From: Escherichia phage NiC89
Sequence record: LC620505.1
Strand: one strand, 5' to 3'
DNA: 64,000 nt
Under the pieces are notes generated by a model. The model worked only from the letters and a program-made list of their open reading frames with translations, had not been told where the DNA came from and ran no database searches. The position numbers and the translations under genes were made by a program. Position 1 is the stretch's first letter, and each line of letters begins with the position of its first letter. Shown one piece after another: positions 37,217-48,313 of this stretch.

Positions 37217-39913
37217 TCAGCCAAACAGGAAGTCTAACGAAGCTTTTTCTTCATAATCCATACCAGCCGATTCACACATACCCGCAAGCGGTTTAACAAA
37301 CGATTTTTGGAACAAAGTTGAGTAGTCAATCCAAGACAGTACGTCAGAACGAATTTCTTTTGGAAGTTCTGTGCCCGACGGCCAAGCAATGCACTTATCA
37401 CCAAATGGATTTCCTTCACGCAATGGAAGAACCATTACTTTATTTCCATCCAAAATTGGAGCTACACCTAAACCGCTAACAGCTCGACGATAAGTTAGCA
37501 CACCACGAATATGGAACGGACATTTAAATCCTGGCCAACCTTTATCATCATATTTCGCTATATCGTTCGCAGTTTTTACTTCAGCAATAACTTTATAGTC
37601 AAGTTGACGATATTCTTTCTCAAAGTTCTTATAATATTCTTGAACAGACTCTTCGCCTTCTTGAAGAATACGACGGATACTTTCTTCAAGAGCTTCTTGG
37701 ACCGCTTTAGGCGTTGAACTTTGCTGAGTTTCCATACCCATGATTTTTAGATGTGGTTCAGCAAAACGCTTATCTTCCATATCATATACGTTCAGAGCAT
37801 AACGCTTTTTCGCTTTCCAAAATCCACCAACGCCCTTTGAACCAAGCGGAGGGCAAGAAATAGCTTCACGGTCCATATGCATCAGATGCTCGCGGTTATT
37901 CATATAATCACATAACTCACGATATGCAACATCAATCATAGGTTCCATCTTTTTCTTACCGAACTGATTCATGAATTCAACTAAATCGTTCTGCTCTTTG
38001 AATCGGTCAAGACCAACTTTTTCAATAACTTTATCTACACAAACATATACCGAATCAGTATCACCTGCTGCAATGAAATCTTCGCCATTAGTTCCACATA
38101 CTTTATTCAGATACTCATTAATTTTACGAGCAATCCACTGAATACCAACTTGGCCGAAAATTGTGATAGCAGTAGCATTTCGCAAATCATAGTAACGGAA
38201 ATGAATATTACCAAGAGCACCATAAAGACTGTTAATAAGAATTTTACGGTTCAGCTGATTTGTGTTAGCAAGTGTAGCTGCTTTTTCACATTCTTCGATC
38301 AGACTATTAAGAACAGATTCAGTGTAATTCGATAATTCATTTAAGAAATCATCGCTGAACTTAACATATCGTTCAACTTCAGGTTTAGTTGAACAAGACC
38401 CTGCGCCTTTCATAATAATCTTTTTAATAGCTTCGGCATTCATTTCTTCAGCGAACATTTTCTTTTTCCAATCTTTACGCTGGAAAAATACTTTAGCAAT
38501 TTCCTTTGGAATGATACCTTCTTGGTGCTTATCATACATCCATCCATTCGGAGAACAAGAATATTCATCACTCGGTTTAGGAGCTGTTCCTGCGATATAT
38601 TCATGAATTGGATGAACTTTAAACTGGCCACGAATAGTTTCAGGACTAATGTTAACCTGACGAATAATGCTAGGATACAGAGACGTCAAGTCAAAACTCA
38701 TAATATATTGACGAGCAATTGGTTTAGGTTCAAACACAAATGCACCCGGAAAACTCTGTTTAACGTGTGAACCTTGTTGAGGAATAACCTTATGTTCACC
38801 TTTCAATGAGTTAAAAATAATAGCATCCCAGGTTTTAATAGGACTCATTACACCAGAAAAAGGCATTTTAGCGTAATAAGACATACTTAAAACTAGATCG
38901 ATAAACCCGCGAATTTTATCAATTGCTTGAACTGATTCTACGTCAATGATGTTATAACTAATGTATCGTTGATGATTAGTCTCACGAAGTTTATTAATAG
39001 GACCGTCGTATGGTAATTTACCTTTTTTGGTTTCATGCTGAGCAACTGATTCCAAAGAGAATGACGGCAAATTAGTAAATGCGAATTTCTTATACAAATC
39101 TAAATAATCAAGAATAGATACGCCATCAATAGAATAAATTTCTTTGCTACCGTACATATTTTGAATTAGTTTAGATTTTACTCGACCGATTGGAGAGAAG
39201 CGTTTCATACTGCGTTCACCAAGAACCATTTTAACGCGATTCATGATATACGGAACGTCAAATCCCTCAATATTCCAACCAGTAAAAATAGCAGGTCGTT
39301 TCTGTTCCCAGAGATTGATATATTCCATGAGCATATCACGCTCATTATCGAATGGCATATAAATTACTCGGTCAAGAATTTCTTGAGGAACTTCATCACC
39401 ACCTTCACAGTCAAGCTTAGCAGCTAACTTTACATCCCATTTTGATACTGAACCGTACATTGAATTCAAAAGGTCGAAAACATAAAAACGATCATCAATT
39501 GAATCGTAATGAGTGATAGCATCAATTTCATATTCAGCTTTCATTGGGTCAGGAAATTTATCACCAGTAACCTCAATGTCACAGTTAGCTACACGAACAA
39601 ATTTTCGGTCATAAACAATTTCTGAACCGTATGTATCACTGATATAAGCGAGTTTAAAATCGTTCATACCGAGAGCTTCGAGACCGATGTCTTCCATTCG
39701 TTTCATCCAATCTCGAGCATCTTTCATTGATGGAAATTTTTGAGGAGCGCAGTTTTTACCATAGATGTCTTTGTACTTTGACTCTTCCTTACAATGCCTA
39801 AACATAGTTGGAAGATATTCTACTTCACGAGTACGTTCCTTTCCGTTTTCATCAATATAACGTTCAACAATGTTATTTCCGACTGTTTCAATAGAGATAT
39901 AAAATTCTTTCAT
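37217..39913 (-). CDS. 43: DNA polymerase gp43 (family B)
   Basis: 898 aa, same length as T4 gp43; exonuclease and polymerase motifs (YGDTDS). Confidence 0.95.
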   Translation of the reverse strand: MKEFYISIETVGNNIVERYIDENGKERTREVEYLPTMFRHCKEESKYKDIYGKNCAPQKFPSMKDARDWMKRMEDIGLEALGMNDFKLAYISDTYGSEIVYDRKFVRVANCDIEVTGDKFPDPMKAEYEIDAITHYDSIDDRFYVFDLLNSMYGSVSKWDVKLAAKLDCEGGDEVPQEILDRVIYMPFDNERDMLMEYINLWEQKRPAIFTGWNIEGFDVPYIMNRVKMVLGERSMKRFSPIGRVKSKLIQNMYGSKEIYSIDGVSILDYLDLYKKFAFTNLPSFSLESVAQHETKKGKLPYDGPINKLRETNHQRYISYNIIDVESVQAIDKIRGFIDLVLSMSYYAKMPFSGVMSPIKTWDAIIFNSLKGEHKVIPQQGSHVKQSFPGAFVFEPKPIARQYIMSFDLTSLYPSIIRQVNISPETIRGQFKVHPIHEYIAGTAPKPSDEYSCSPNGWMYDKHQEGIIPKEIAKVFFQRKDWKKKMFAEEMNAEAIKKIIMKGAGSCSTKPEVERYVKFSDDFLNELSNYTESVLNSLIEECEKAATLANTNQLNRKILINSLYGALGNIHFRYYDLRNATAITIFGQVGIQWIARKINEYLNKVCGTNGEDFIAAGDTDSVYVCVDKVIEKVGLDRFKEQNDLVEFMNQFGKKKMEPMIDVAYRELCDYMNNREHLMHMDREAISCPPLGSKGVGGFWKAKKRYALNVYDMEDKRFAEPHLKIMGMETQQSSTPKAVQEALEESIRRILQEGEESVQEYYKNFEKEYRQLDYKVIAEVKTANDIAKYDDKGWPGFKCPFHIRGVLTYRRAVSGLGVAPILDGNKVMVLPLREGNPFGDKCIAWPSGTELPKEIRSDVLSWIDYSTLFQKSFVKPLAGMCESAGMDYEEKASLDFLFG

Positions 39914-39971
39914 AGATATTCCTTAGTTTATAGCCCGAGTTATTAGGCTCTTGATATATTATACTCCAAAT

Positions 39972-39989
39972 AAGGGGCCGAAGCCCCTT
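39972..39989 (-). terminator. UUCG-loop hairpin (aaggggc-cgaa-gcccctt)
   Basis: 7-bp stem between gene 43 upstream region and ORF 39992. Confidence 0.45.
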
Positions 39990-39991
39990 GC

Positions 39992-40213
39992 TTAAATTAG
40001 CGCTATTTGTCGAGTGAAAATTGTCAATCCATCTACATTAATTGACTTAACGACTGCAGTAAAATGTTTTTGTTCTGGGTGAACTAGTTTTTGAAATTCT
40101 ACTTGAAATTTTAGTTGGAGGTTTTCTGGTAAATCAAAAAGTGTTTCTGTCGCAGAAAGATTATATTTTTCTTTAAGAGACGCCATGTATTCTTGCGGAG
40201 TTATAGCAGTCAT
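39992..40213 (-). CDS. Hypothetical protein, ~73 aa
   Basis: Track ORF 87 aa overlaps regA; internal Met start assumed. Confidence 0.4.
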   Translation of the reverse strand: MTAITPQEYMASLKEKYNLSATETLFDLPENLQLKFQVEFQKLVHPEQKHFTAVVKSINVDGLTIFTRQIALI

Positions 40214-40214
40214 A

Positions 40215-40583
40215 TTAATTACCAATCGTATATTTAGGAACGAGTTTCCATTCATGTTTTTGTTTAAAAGAAATAACTCGGAAGTTATTAGTTAAATCTT
40301 TCATAAAAGTTCTTTGACCAGGAACGATTTCAATCAGTCCCCAATCTTCTAATAGCCATGCAATCGAATCACGACGAACTTCATCTTCTTCTGTCATTTC
40401 AACTTGGCGACCATCCATACGAAGCATTTCTTTAAAATGAACGATATAGTATAGTCCTTTTTTCTGAAGAATATGACAGGACTGATACAGAACTTTATCT
40501 TTATTATTAGCAATTCCCATACGAGTCAAAGTTTCTTTTACTTTCAGAAAATCTTCAGGTTTTTTAAGAGTAATTTCAATCAT
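40215..40583 (-). CDS. regA: Translational repressor RegA
   Basis: 122 aa, same length as T4 RegA; position between 43 and 62. Confidence 0.75.
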   Translation of the reverse strand: MIEITLKKPEDFLKVKETLTRMGIANNKDKVLYQSCHILQKKGLYYIVHFKEMLRMDGRQVEMTEEDEVRRDSIAWLLEDWGLIEIVPGQRTFMKDLTNNFRVISFKQKHEWKLVPKYTIGN

Positions 40584-40584
40584 T

Positions 40585-41148
40585 TTACCATTCCAATGCT
40601 AGTTTTTTGAGTTGTTTCTGTTCTTTTACGTTCTTAGTCACTTCTTTCAAAAAATCATCCGTGACTAAACCTTTTAGTTCTTTTAGTACTAAAGGTAGTT
40701 TTCCATTTTTAGTAAGAATTGATTTATAGTTAATTGCATCATTTGTATTAACTTGATACCGCTTAGCAAGTAACTTAATAATCAATACTTCGGTGGAATC
40801 TTCAACTAGTTTTGCCCATTTACCATATCTTTTACCACGAGGAACTGCAGCCATTAGATAATTAAAATGGGCTTCATCACTTAAGCCTGATCCAATTAAA
40901 TTCATAGCATATACAGCTGGCATGCACTCTGGAAATTGTGATAATGCATTTTCAACCATGAATTTTGAATAATCTTTTTGAGCAATAGAGCATTTAGTTT
41001 TATTATTAATAGCTCCAATTATTTCAAAAAATTCATTTTCAGCTTTTTCTTTAAAAGAATCAGCAGCGGATTGGACAGCTGTCCAATCTTTTGAATACCA
41101 AGCAACTTGATGCTCGTTTAATTGAATATCATCTTCAAATAAGCTCAT
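40585..41148 (-). CDS. 62: Clamp loader small subunit gp62
   Basis: Track ORF 194 aa; Met-8 start gives 187 aa as in T4. Confidence 0.8.
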   Translation of the reverse strand: MSLFEDDIQLNEHQVAWYSKDWTAVQSAADSFKEKAENEFFEIIGAINNKTKCSIAQKDYSKFMVENALSQFPECMPAVYAMNLIGSGLSDEAHFNYLMAAVPRGKRYGKWAKLVEDSTEVLIIKLLAKRYQVNTNDAINYKSILTKNGKLPLVLKELKGLVTDDFLKEVTKNVKEQKQLKKLALEW

Positions 41149-41149
41149 A

Positions 41150-42109
41150 TCACTTCCACTGCATTTCACATGCTAATTGAATGAAAAGATAAGCTAGATG
41201 CAATTCAGTATTAGCTGCAATACCATGATACTGATTATTTTCGCCGACAATTTCGTACATACGAATAATACTCTGTGGAGTTACACGTGAATAGATTTCT
41301 TCGGCAAGTTTACCCACGAACCACGAATAATCGGCTGCATATTTTGGTGCTAAAGCTCTGAGTTGTTTAACATCTTTATTTTTGAGAGACTCAAGAACAT
41401 CATCAATAGCACCACGATCGTTAGTAACCAGTGATAAAATACCAGCATCCAAAACACCTTTAGATGAATAACTATCGAGCTCGCCAATAGTTTTACGAAA
41501 ATCAGGAAAATTCTTTTTAACCAAAGCTGCTACAACTTTCATATCAGCTATAGCAATTCCTTCATGTTTACAGATTTCAGTCAATCGACGAATCATCTGC
41601 TTCATCATTTCAATTTTATCTTCATCGGTCGGTTGACCGAATGTGATAACTCGACAGCGTGACTGAAGTGGTTTAATAATACCATCAATATTGTTAGCAG
41701 TAATAATAATACTACAGTTTGAACTATAAGCTTCCATAAAGGAACGAAGATGTCGCTGAGACTCTGCTAATCCTGAACGGTCAAATTCATCAATAACGAT
41801 TACTTTTTGACGACCGTCAAATGAAGCTGCGCTAGCAAAATTAGTCAAAGGACCGCGAACGAAATCAATTTTACAATCTGATCCATTCACAAACATCATA
41901 TCAGCATTTACATCATGGCACAATGCTTTTGCTACAGTTGTTTTACCTGTTCCCGGAGAAGGAGAATGAAGAATAATATGTGGAATCTTACCTTTACTTG
42001 TAATAGATTTAAAGGTTTCTTTATCAAAGGCGGGAAGAATACATTCATCGATAGTAGATGGACGATATTTCTGTTCAAGAATGTGTTCTTTTTCATTTAC
42101 GGTAATCAT
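41150..42109 (-). CDS. 44: Clamp loader ATPase gp44 (AAA+)
   Basis: Track ORF 324 aa; Met-6 start gives 319 aa; Walker [13 protein letters not shown] motif. Confidence 0.9.
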
Positions 42110-42143
42110 AATTTCCTCATTCAAGTTTTAGTGTAAATTATAA

Positions 42144-42157
42144 AGGGCCGAAGCCCT
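42144..42157 (-). terminator. UUCG-loop hairpin (agggc-cgaa-gccct) after gene 45
   Basis: Directly 3' of gene 45 stop. Confidence 0.45.
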
Positions 42158-42160
42158 CTA

Positions 42161-42847
42161 TTAAAAATCGTGGGTAGAATCAGCTTCAAGAGCTACTACA
42201 TAATTCGCGTGTTCACCTTCAAATTTAGCAGCACCTTGTTTACCTTTTGCCCAGAGCAGAAGTTTATAATTTCCTGGTTGCATTTTCATATTTGCCATAT
42301 TGATAATGAAATTAAATGTATTTTCACCATCATAATCACCAAGAGTCAAAGAATATTTAACACGGGTCAGAGCAGAATCTTCTACTTTATTAAAACCGTT
42401 AATTACGATTTTACCTTCTTTTACCGTGATAGCAATTGTATCAATCTGCAGACCACGAGATACACGCAACAGCTGTTGAAGGTCTTCAGCTTTAATTTCA
42501 GTAACAACAGATGCTACTGGGAATGGAATTGGTTTATTAGGAGCAACTACTGTACTCGGATCGGCTGCTGGCCAAAAAATTGTTGAACGGGCATCAGCAA
42601 TTTTAATATTTCCATCTTCTGACTGGGAAATTTCTGCATCATCATTAACTAAAGACAGAATACCGAGAAAACCATTCAAATCGTAAATTGCTACATCAAA
42701 ATCAATAACATCAGAAATATTTGCTTCCGCATAAGTTGTACCATTAACTGCGCGAGTCATAATAAATTGACCGGATTTAAGCATAATGCCAGAGTTAATA
42801 GTAGCGAAATTTTTAAGCAGAGCAGTAGTATCTTTAGACAGTTTCAT
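42161..42847 (-). CDS. 45: Sliding clamp gp45
   Basis: 228 aa, same length as T4 gp45. Confidence 0.9.
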   Translation of the reverse strand: MKLSKDTTALLKNFATINSGIMLKSGQFIMTRAVNGTTYAEANISDVIDFDVAIYDLNGFLGILSLVNDDAEISQSEDGNIKIADARSTIFWPAADPSTVVAPNKPIPFPVASVVTEIKAEDLQQLLRVSRGLQIDTIAITVKEGKIVINGFNKVEDSALTRVKYSLTLGDYDGENTFNFIINMANMKMQPGNYKLLLWAKGKQGAAKFEGEHANYVVALEADSTHDF

Positions 42848-42902
42848 ATAATTTCCTTCAATTCAAATGAGATTTAATTTTATAACTAATTTAATAAAGC
42901 AA

Positions 42903-43292
42903 TTAACGATTAAAATCAGCCGCAATTGTTTCCGCAACAATTTGAGCAGCAACAATTAGACGTTCATCTGCATTACCACAATAATCATCTTCAAGGCGTT
43001 CACCGCATGAAGTCATAATAAACTTAGCACCAGCATTTAGAGATTCTGTCGTATGTTTGCGCATTAGTTCAATCCATTTATCACTCACTTCACGATCGAT
43101 AGCTTCATAATACGCATGACGGGCAGGTGCAGATTTAATTTTGTTCTGAATAACTTCCATTGCGTTATCAGAAAGAGACAAAACCCATGCGCGACGAATT
43201 TTATTTTGGTTTTGTGGATTTGATTCAGAACGCACGTGTTTTGGCTGAATATCTTTTACATCAACAGTATAATTCACAGTAATTTTAGTCAT
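42903..43292 (-). CDS. rpbA: RNA polymerase-binding protein RpbA (by size and position)
   Basis: 129 aa, same as T4 RpbA; upstream of gene 45. Confidence 0.6.
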   Translation of the reverse strand: MTKITVNYTVDVKDIQPKHVRSESNPQNQNKIRRAWVLSLSDNAMEVIQNKIKSAPARHAYYEAIDREVSDKWIELMRKHTTESLNAGAKFIMTSCGERLEDDYCGNADERLIVAAQIVAETIAADFNR

Positions 43293-43301
43293 AATACACC
43301 T

Positions 43302-43490
43302 TTAGTCATAATAATCAGTAACAGTCCAAGCTTCATTTCTATTGGACATTATTTTTGTATATTCTGCTTTAAATGCATTCCTAAGCATAGATTCAGTAAC
43401 TATATGCTCTTCATTAGAAAAATTATTTCTCAGAATATATCGTTTTATTTCAGGAATAGTTAATAGATGCTGTCCAGTTGAATATTCCAT
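43302..43490 (-). CDS. Hypothetical protein, 62 aa
   Basis: ORF downstream of middle promoter. Confidence 0.45.
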   Translation of the reverse strand: MEYSTGQHLLTIPEIKRYILRNNFSNEEHIVTESMLRNAFKAEYTKIMSNRNEAWTVTDYYD

Positions 43491-43507
43491 GTTTTTCCTC
43501 CATAGAG

Positions 43508-43532
43508 ATTATACTCTAATAAATTAAAGCAT
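43508..43532 (-). promoter_or_regulatory. Middle promoter upstream of the 45.2-rpbA-45 unit
   Basis: On - strand ATGCTTTA (MotA box), 11-bp spacer, TATAAT. Confidence 0.45.
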
Positions 43533-43545
43533 AATCTCTTATAAA

Positions 43546-45228
43546 TTAAACCATTATAGTAAATCGACCAACTTTCTTCATTTGAAGATGCTGACCGTAT
43601 GCTTGCGGGTCATGGTCTCTATGTGAAATAACAAAAACATTAGTATTTTTTAAACTATCTAAAATAGTTGAAATAGCTTTTACACCTTCAACGTCGGTCG
43701 CTGAATCAAAAACTTCATCAAGAATTAGTGTGTTTATTTTAACACCTGAAACTTTTTCAGCAATATCACGCCAAGTAAATAAAAGAGCAATATCAATTCG
43801 TGCTTTTTCACCTTGACTGAATGAAGCATAACTAAAATCTTCACGACCACGTGATTTAATTGTCTCATTAAATTCTTCATCTAATGTAAACACATAATCC
43901 GCTTCCATTATTTTAAGATAATGGTTAATCCGCTTATTAAATAATGGAATGTACTTTTTAATAATAGCACCTTTAATACCAGAATCTTTGAGCATATCAG
44001 TCAAAATTCCTCGGTGGTATTTTTCCATTACTAAATTAGTTTTTGTCTTAACAATTTTATCAAGTTCTTCTTGAAGCAGTGCTATTTCATCAGCATGGTC
44101 AATAAACTCAGAAGATGCTTTTTCTATAGCCGCTTTAACCTTTTTAGCTTTATCTACCGTCGTGATTAGAGATTGCTTTTTATTGCGAATATCATTTGCC
44201 AACGACTGCTGGGTTTTAATATTATCTCGGTATTCATCAACAAGAACTTTTAAATTATCACGATGTGTTGAAAGCTGTTCAAACGAATGCGTGCATTCAG
44301 AAACTTTATCTTTAATTTTAGAAACAACTTTATCACCGGAACTTAATTGTGACAAACAGGTTGGACATAATCCACCTTCGTGATACATATTAATGACTTT
44401 ATTATACGAGTCAATTTTTGATTTAATTAAAACTGCTTCTTGACCGATTTTATTAAATGCATCAGTCGGGTCTTCATCTAAAACAATATTAACTAATCTT
44501 TCATTAGCTTCTTCTATTTCCGATTTTAGCGTTCTAGCTTCTTTTGCCAAATCATCATACATATTTTGAAGACGGGTAAGGTTGTCACCTGTTAATTTTT
44601 TCTGGCGTTCAACGTTATCATTATATATTTTAATTTGTTGGATAATACTATCTTTTTTAACATCAAGCACTTGGTTTTGTGAATTTAATTCACGTATTAG
44701 TGCTTTATTAAGCTTATCCATTTCAGCTAATGTTCCTACCTCAAGCAGGTCTTCCACAAGCTTTCTTCGCGCAGGGGTCGACAAACCCATGAAAGGGGTA
44801 TACCCTGCTGTACCAAGGACAACAATCTGCTTAAAACTGGCATATGACATTCCGATAAGCTGTTCAAATTCTGCTTGGAAATCTTTACTGCTGGCAGATT
44901 CATTAAGACGTGTACCGTTAACGGTGATTTCGAAAACGTTTGGTTTTTGTCCTCTTTTGATATAGTACTTTTTCTCATCATATTCCATCCACAGTTCAAC
45001 TAAAAGTTCTTTCTTATTTGTGCTGTTTATTAATTGACCTTTCTTTACATCACGAAATGGCTTGCCAAAAAGCCCAAATGTGATGGCTTCTAACATAGTA
45101 GACTTACCACCGCCATTTCGTCCAGTAATAAGAGTTTTTTGAACCTTATCTAATTGAATGTCAATAGGATTTCCACCTACTGACATTATATTTTGATACC
45201 TAACTCGGTTTAGTTTAAAATTTTTCAC
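43546..45228 (-). CDS. 46: Recombination nuclease subunit gp46 (Rad50/SbcC-like)
   Basis: 560 aa, same length as T4 gp46; Walker A GRNGGGKST, coiled-coil with CPTC hook, signature/D-loop at C-terminus. Confidence 0.9.
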   Translation of the reverse strand: MKNFKLNRVRYQNIMSVGGNPIDIQLDKVQKTLITGRNGGGKSTMLEAITFGLFGKPFRDVKKGQLINSTNKKELLVELWMEYDEKKYYIKRGQKPNVFEITVNGTRLNESASSKDFQAEFEQLIGMSYASFKQIVVLGTAGYTPFMGLSTPARRKLVEDLLEVGTLAEMDKLNKALIRELNSQNQVLDVKKDSIIQQIKIYNDNVERQKKLTGDNLTRLQNMYDDLAKEARTLKSEIEEANERLVNIVLDEDPTDAFNKIGQEAVLIKSKIDSYNKVINMYHEGGLCPTCLSQLSSGDKVVSKIKDKVSECTHSFEQLSTHRDNLKVLVDEYRDNIKTQQSLANDIRNKKQSLITTVDKAKKVKAAIEKASSEFIDHADEIALLQEELDKIVKTKTNLVMEKYHRGILTDMLKDSGIKGAIIKKYIPLFNKRINHYLKIMEADYVFTLDEEFNETIKSRGREDFSYASFSQGEKARIDIALLFTWRDIAEKVSGVKINTLILDEVFDSATDVEGVKAISTILDSLKNTNVFVISHRDHDPQAYGQHLQMKKVGRFTIMV

Positions 45229-45488
45229 AAAAGATTCCTTTTAATGTATCTTTTAGACCATTCTATCATATCATCATAATCTAAAAAGTATTCATCAAAT
45301 TCAACCATGCAAACAACACCTTGTGCTGTTTTTGATGTAATATAAATTATTCCAACATATCTGGAATCTTCTTCAGTATAATCAATATTTGCTATGAATT
45401 CATCATTAATGTCAAATGTCGAAAACTTCACAGTATGCATCCTTAATACAAGATACAGCCATATCTCGTAATGATTTAGGTGTGTCAT
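45225..45488 (-). CDS. Hypothetical protein (46.1-like)
   Basis: 87-aa ORF. Confidence 0.4.
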   Translation of the reverse strand: MTHLNHYEIWLYLVLRMHTVKFSTFDINDEFIANIDYTEEDSRYVGIIYITSKTAQGVVCMVEFDEYFLDYDDMIEWSKRYIKRNLL

Positions 45489-45675
45489 TATCTAAAATGT
45501 TGAAGTTAAAAGATACAGCCCAGTCAGTGCAGACCGTGACCTTTTTAATACAATTATCTTCAACCTCTAGCGGTTCAAACCAATATTCAATAATTTCTTT
45601 ATGCCCAATATCATCTTTTACTTCGCATTCAAAATGCTGACTCATCATAACATTTTTAAATTCATCAAAAGTCAT
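45412..45675 (-). CDS. Hypothetical protein (46.2-like)
   Basis: 87-aa ORF overlapping neighbour. Confidence 0.4.
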   Translation of the reverse strand: MTFDEFKNVMMSQHFECEVKDDIGHKEIIEYWFEPLEVEDNCIKKVTVCTDWAVSFNFNILDNDTPKSLRDMAVSCIKDAYCEVFDI

Positions 45676-46691
45676 TGTGTTGCCTCTACATATAACTGAT
45701 TTGCATATTGAATAAGTGCTTCACGGTCAGAATCAGTGATGTCTGGAATTGCATTAATGTATTCTTCCATCAACGTCTGAAGCGATTGAACTTCAACTTC
45801 TTCACTATCATCTGACCCGACAGAGTTATCAATCTTTGACACAACTCGTAATGAATGCACAACTTTTTCTAGTTCAGATTCGAACTTCGTCAGATTTTTG
45901 TCTACTTCAGTTACTATAACACGTACTGATAGATTTGTAAAATCTTTATAGTCAATTTTTCCTTTAAATGGATAATGAATTCTACGATGCCAGGTAGTGT
46001 TGTTTGGAATAAATTCCATTCGTTCTGTTTCTGTATCAAACATCCAGAACCCACGAGGGTCATTCTCGTCACCTGCAGTTAGTGTCCATGGTGTCCCAAT
46101 ATACTTGACGTTTGCAGCCTCAGAAATAGTATGGAAGTGACCAGACCACACTTCTTTATAAGTCTTAAGGAAATCAGGTTCAAGACCATGAGATTTCATT
46201 CCTTTATAAAAATAAAATCCGTTCAGTTCCCAGTGACCAACACAAAAAGAAGCAGATGAAGTTTTGATATGCTCAAGAATTTCACCAGTATTTTCTTCAC
46301 ACATCCAAGGAATTAAATCAATCAAACATCCATCAAAATCTACTGTAGTAGGCTTATCATACACTTTAACATTAGGATATTTAGCCAAAAGCTCAGTAGA
46401 GGCATTTGGAGTTAAAGTATTTTTAAAGTGCATATCATGGTTTCCTACAACAGTATGTAGGGTAATACCAGCATCATCAAGCATTTGAACTATTTCACGA
46501 GCAAACTCCATAGTTTTATGCGTGATTGCTTTTCGCACATCAAAAATATCGCCGTATTGAATCCAGGTAGTAATTCCATTTTTCTTAGAATATTCTATTG
46601 CTTGTTTAATTCCATCCAACTGAATGGATTGAACCCACTCATCATCGGCTTTAACGCCTAAATGCCAATCACCTAAATTTAAAATTTTCAT
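45672..46691 (-). CDS. 47: Recombination nuclease subunit gp47 (Mre11/SbcD-like)
   Basis: 339 aa, same length as T4 gp47; phosphoesterase motifs (LGDWH, GNHD). Confidence 0.9.
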   Translation of the reverse strand: MKILNLGDWHLGVKADDEWVQSIQLDGIKQAIEYSKKNGITTWIQYGDIFDVRKAITHKTMEFAREIVQMLDDAGITLHTVVGNHDMHFKNTLTPNASTELLAKYPNVKVYDKPTTVDFDGCLIDLIPWMCEENTGEILEHIKTSSASFCVGHWELNGFYFYKGMKSHGLEPDFLKTYKEVWSGHFHTISEAANVKYIGTPWTLTAGDENDPRGFWMFDTETERMEFIPNNTTWHRRIHYPFKGKIDYKDFTNLSVRVIVTEVDKNLTKFESELEKVVHSLRVVSKIDNSVGSDDSEEVEVQSLQTLMEEYINAIPDITDSDREALIQYANQLYVEATQ

Positions 46692-46812
46692 ATATCAAGA
46701 ACCGTCATTGAAATGCAAAACAAAATTATTGAAATAAACCCATCTGGTGTGCTAAAGAACCCAATCCAACATGCTCTAGTGAATAGATAAAATGCAAGAA
46801 AAAGTATCACAT

Positions 46813-46849
46813 ATCCAAGAAATATCATTATATCAAACTCCGTATAAAG
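46813..46849 (-). promoter_or_regulatory. Candidate middle promoter upstream of gene 47
   Basis: On - strand AGCTTTA, 12-bp spacer, TATAAT. Coordinates approximate. Confidence 0.35.
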
Positions 46850-46851
46850 CT

Positions 46852-46869
46852 AAAGGGCCGAAGCCCTTT
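46852..46869 (-). terminator. UUCG-loop hairpin (aaagggc-cgaa-gcccttt) at alpha-gt stop
   Basis: 7-bp stem. Confidence 0.45.
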
Positions 46870-48070
46870 ATTTTGTAATAATGTCAAACTGTTCTTTAAA
46901 GCAGAAGCTTGAATCTTGGTGCTGATACAAAAATTCATAAGCTTTTTCGCGTTCACGGTCATAAAGAGCTCGGTCAGATGACAGTTCTTTAATACGTTCA
47001 AATGTTGATTCCATGTCATTTTCATCAAACCAAACGATACCGCTATCATGAGAAATTAATGGAGTGTTATCAACACGGAATTTTAAATTTTCGCCAGTAG
47101 ATTTCCAAAATACCGGAATTGTTCCACATGCACCAAGCTCGAGATGAGTATATTCTAAAGAACGTTGTAGATATTTTTTATCCAACTTACTCAACTGATA
47201 ACCAAAACCGGATTTACTCATACGTTCAAGCATTTCGCTATTTACATAACGGTCAAGAATTTGCGTTGGCAAATTAGGAGCAATTTTAATTTGGTCTACT
47301 TGATGAAGACGATAATACTCGTATGGAATTCCTTTTTCTTTAATAGGAATGAACGCTGGAGAACGTTCCAGACCTTCCATAATAGTACTTAGTCCTGCAG
47401 GTTTAAGATGTTTTTCATGAAAATCAAACATCTGATAAAAACCTTTCCATGTAGTCGTGCGACCAATCCAACGGTTGATATTCATGTTAATTTCAGAAAC
47501 ATCTTTCCAGTAGGTTGACCGAACCTTCGCAATATCCATAGGAGGCTGAAAGTTATATACTGTCGGTGCTTCTTCAATATCATCAAACAGAGAAACAGTT
47601 TCTGGATACCATTCTTTCATCAGAACTTTATTAAAATCACCATTATCAGAATGGCTAAAAATAACATCAGCTCGACGAACAGTTTCTTCTAATCCCAAAT
47701 TTCGACGCAAAGAAAGAGAAGAATGGTCATGTTGATAAACTACAACACGAACAGAAGGTTTAATGTTATCAATAATTTTTTTATAGTTATTAATAGAGTC
47801 TTCTTCAACCGAAGTAGCAGGAACTGAATTGATAATTAGAATATCACAATCATTTACCAGCTTAAGTGTTTTATCGTATTCTTTTGCCAATAAAACCGGA
47901 ATTGAAAATGATTTATAATCATGCGCACAATTACGAGTAAATGATTTATCTTTAGCATAAACCAAAGTTACTTCATGACCATTTTTAATAAACCAATCAC
48001 GTTGCTCAAGAGAAAATTTAGTTACACCACAACCTTCAAGACCTCGAGCCATAAAAATACATACTTTCAT
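46868..48070 (-). CDS. a-gt: DNA alpha-glucosyltransferase
   Basis: 400 aa, same length as T4 alpha-gt; position after gene 47. Confidence 0.8.
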   Translation of the reverse strand: MKVCIFMARGLEGCGVTKFSLEQRDWFIKNGHEVTLVYAKDKSFTRNCAHDYKSFSIPVLLAKEYDKTLKLVNDCDILIINSVPATSVEEDSINNYKKIIDNIKPSVRVVVYQHDHSSLSLRRNLGLEETVRRADVIFSHSDNGDFNKVLMKEWYPETVSLFDDIEEAPTVYNFQPPMDIAKVRSTYWKDVSEINMNINRWIGRTTTWKGFYQMFDFHEKHLKPAGLSTIMEGLERSPAFIPIKEKGIPYEYYRLHQVDQIKIAPNLPTQILDRYVNSEMLERMSKSGFGYQLSKLDKKYLQRSLEYTHLELGACGTIPVFWKSTGENLKFRVDNTPLISHDSGIVWFDENDMESTFERIKELSSDRALYDREREKAYEFLYQHQDSSFCFKEQFDIITK

Positions 48071-48094
48071 TTAATATCCTCTTTGTTTTGGTTT

Positions 48095-48119
48095 ATTTTA
48101 CCAAAAATTTATAAAGCAA
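48095..48119 (-). promoter_or_regulatory. Middle promoter upstream of alpha-gt
   Basis: On - strand TTGCTTTA, 11-bp spacer, TAAAAT. Confidence 0.4.
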
Positions 48120-48121
48120 TA

Positions 48122-48139
48122 TAGGAGCCGAAGCTCCTA
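48122..48139 (-). terminator. UUCG-loop hairpin (taggagc-cgaa-gctccta)
   Basis: 7-bp stem. Confidence 0.45.
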
Positions 48140-48313
48140 TCCGCATAATACGCCATACAGAGGCTCGTTAGAACTTTTAAATTTTATGCGCTTATATGTT
48201 ATAGTTCCTTCTGCTTTAGCTTTATCATGAGACGCTTTAAAGAGTCTCATCATTTCCTCTTTAGAGGAACGAATTTTATTATAATCTATTTCAGAAGTCT
48301 GGGTGTTCATCTT

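Noticed and set aside
42170-42586. Antisense + strand ORFs inside large - strand genes (e.g. 42170..42586, 44582..44965, 57115..57444, 15861..16271, 17979..18407)
   Set aside because: They lie wholly within well-supported genes on the other strand, lack ribosome-binding sites and have low-complexity or stop-poor AT-rich composition typical of shadow ORFs.
46694-46832. Small hydrophobic ORF (MIFLGYVILF...) upstream of gene 47
   Set aside because: Its ATG lies inside the -10 hexamer of the candidate middle promoter, so it would not be on the transcript; treated as non-coding.
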